The notes under the pieces are model-generated. The model did not search any database, was not told the origin of the DNA, and saw only the letters and a program-made list of their open reading frames with translations. Made by a program: the position numbers and the translations under genes. Below, in pieces: positions 63,801 through 64,000 of a DNA stretch of 64,000 bases. Positions within the stretch are counted from its first letter, which is position 1. Each line of letters begins with the position of its first letter. Source of the DNA: Basidiobolus meristosporus CBS 931.73 (taxonomy: Eukaryota > Fungi > Basidiobolomycota); contig MCFE01000498.1 in assembly GCA_002104905.1 (NCBI GenBank), forward strand, positions 2,258 to 66,257, given 5' to 3'.

Positions 63801-63857
63801 ATCATAGGAGGGGGCTTGTCTCTTGATGGCAGCAAAGAAAGACAGAATGGCAACATG
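60841..63857 (-). mobile_element. Long telomeric non-LTR retrotransposon (family A): ORF1 C-terminus + ORF2 (APE endonuclease-RT), 5' end capped by the telomere
   Basis: 926-aa ORF 60873..63653. APE motifs NCNS, LCYLPPS, LLGDLNIPH, VDWI, SDH; RT motifs APGVDTI, YRPISLLPTCRKVFE, QFGF, DITKAFDSV, QGSVLGPILF, FADD. A probable 1-nt deletion near 60960 alters the extreme C-terminus. Confidence 0.95.
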
Positions 63858-64000
63858 GGTTAGGGTTAGGGTTAGGGTTAGGGTTAGGGTTAGGGTTAGG
63901 GTTAGGGTTAGGGTTAGGGTAGGTTAGGGTTAGGGTTAGGGTTAGGGTTAGGGTTAGGGTTAGGGTTAGGGTTAGGGTTAGGGTTAGGGTTAGGTTAGGG
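63857..64000 (+). repeat. Telomere (TTAGGG)n, G-strand on +; right chromosome end
   Basis: About 23 TTAGGG units running to the end of the window, with two short variant units (TAGG, TTAGG). Confidence 0.98.

Noticed and set aside
60841-63857. Penelope-like Athena/Coprina terminal retroelement, or telomerase
   Set aside because: It has an N-terminal APE endonuclease and LINE-type RT motifs; no TERT or PLE features are seen.
63915-63995. Variant telomere units as a biological signal
   Set aside because: Two isolated 1-2 nt deletions near a contig end are as likely to be sequencing error.
1-64000. tRNA or rRNA genes
   Set aside because: None recognised by eye; tRNAscan-SE/Infernal would be needed to exclude them.

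Overview
Right-hand end of a eukaryotic chromosome, finishing in a (TTAGGG)n telomere. It is intron-rich and fungal; a Slo/BK channel, a GH89 enzyme and the overall gene style suggest an early-diverging fungus (inference). Bases ~1-50.9 kb are mostly ordinary genes: CBM21 PP1 subunit, BK channel, MCR1, gamma-COP, UBE3D/IPA1-like, IST3, DRS2, a WSC sensor, PPX1, UTP7, NUP57, an M14 carboxypeptidase and a GH89. This part also holds Copia solo LTRs, a mirror-duplicated pair of secreted Ser/Trp-repeat protein genes and three tandem SPRY/PPxY paralogues. The main discovery is the last ~13 kb, a CpG-depleted stack of head-to-tail, 5'-truncated non-LTR retroelements (APE endonuclease + RT), all with 3' ends facing the centromere. 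They have no poly(A). Each starts on the + strand with TTAGGG (or a close variant) followed by a conserved hairpin/AATAAA module, i.e. the RNA ends in CCCUAA and appears to be primed directly on the chromosome's G-strand end. Seven such junctions are visible; two cut off other sequences (a Copia gag, a kelch-SNF2 gene). The system includes an apparent ORF1-only (HeT-A-like) partner sharing the 3' module, and an in-frame UGA-CUA junction between ORF1 and ORF2 suggesting stop-codon readthrough. All alignments, counts and identities were made by eye.
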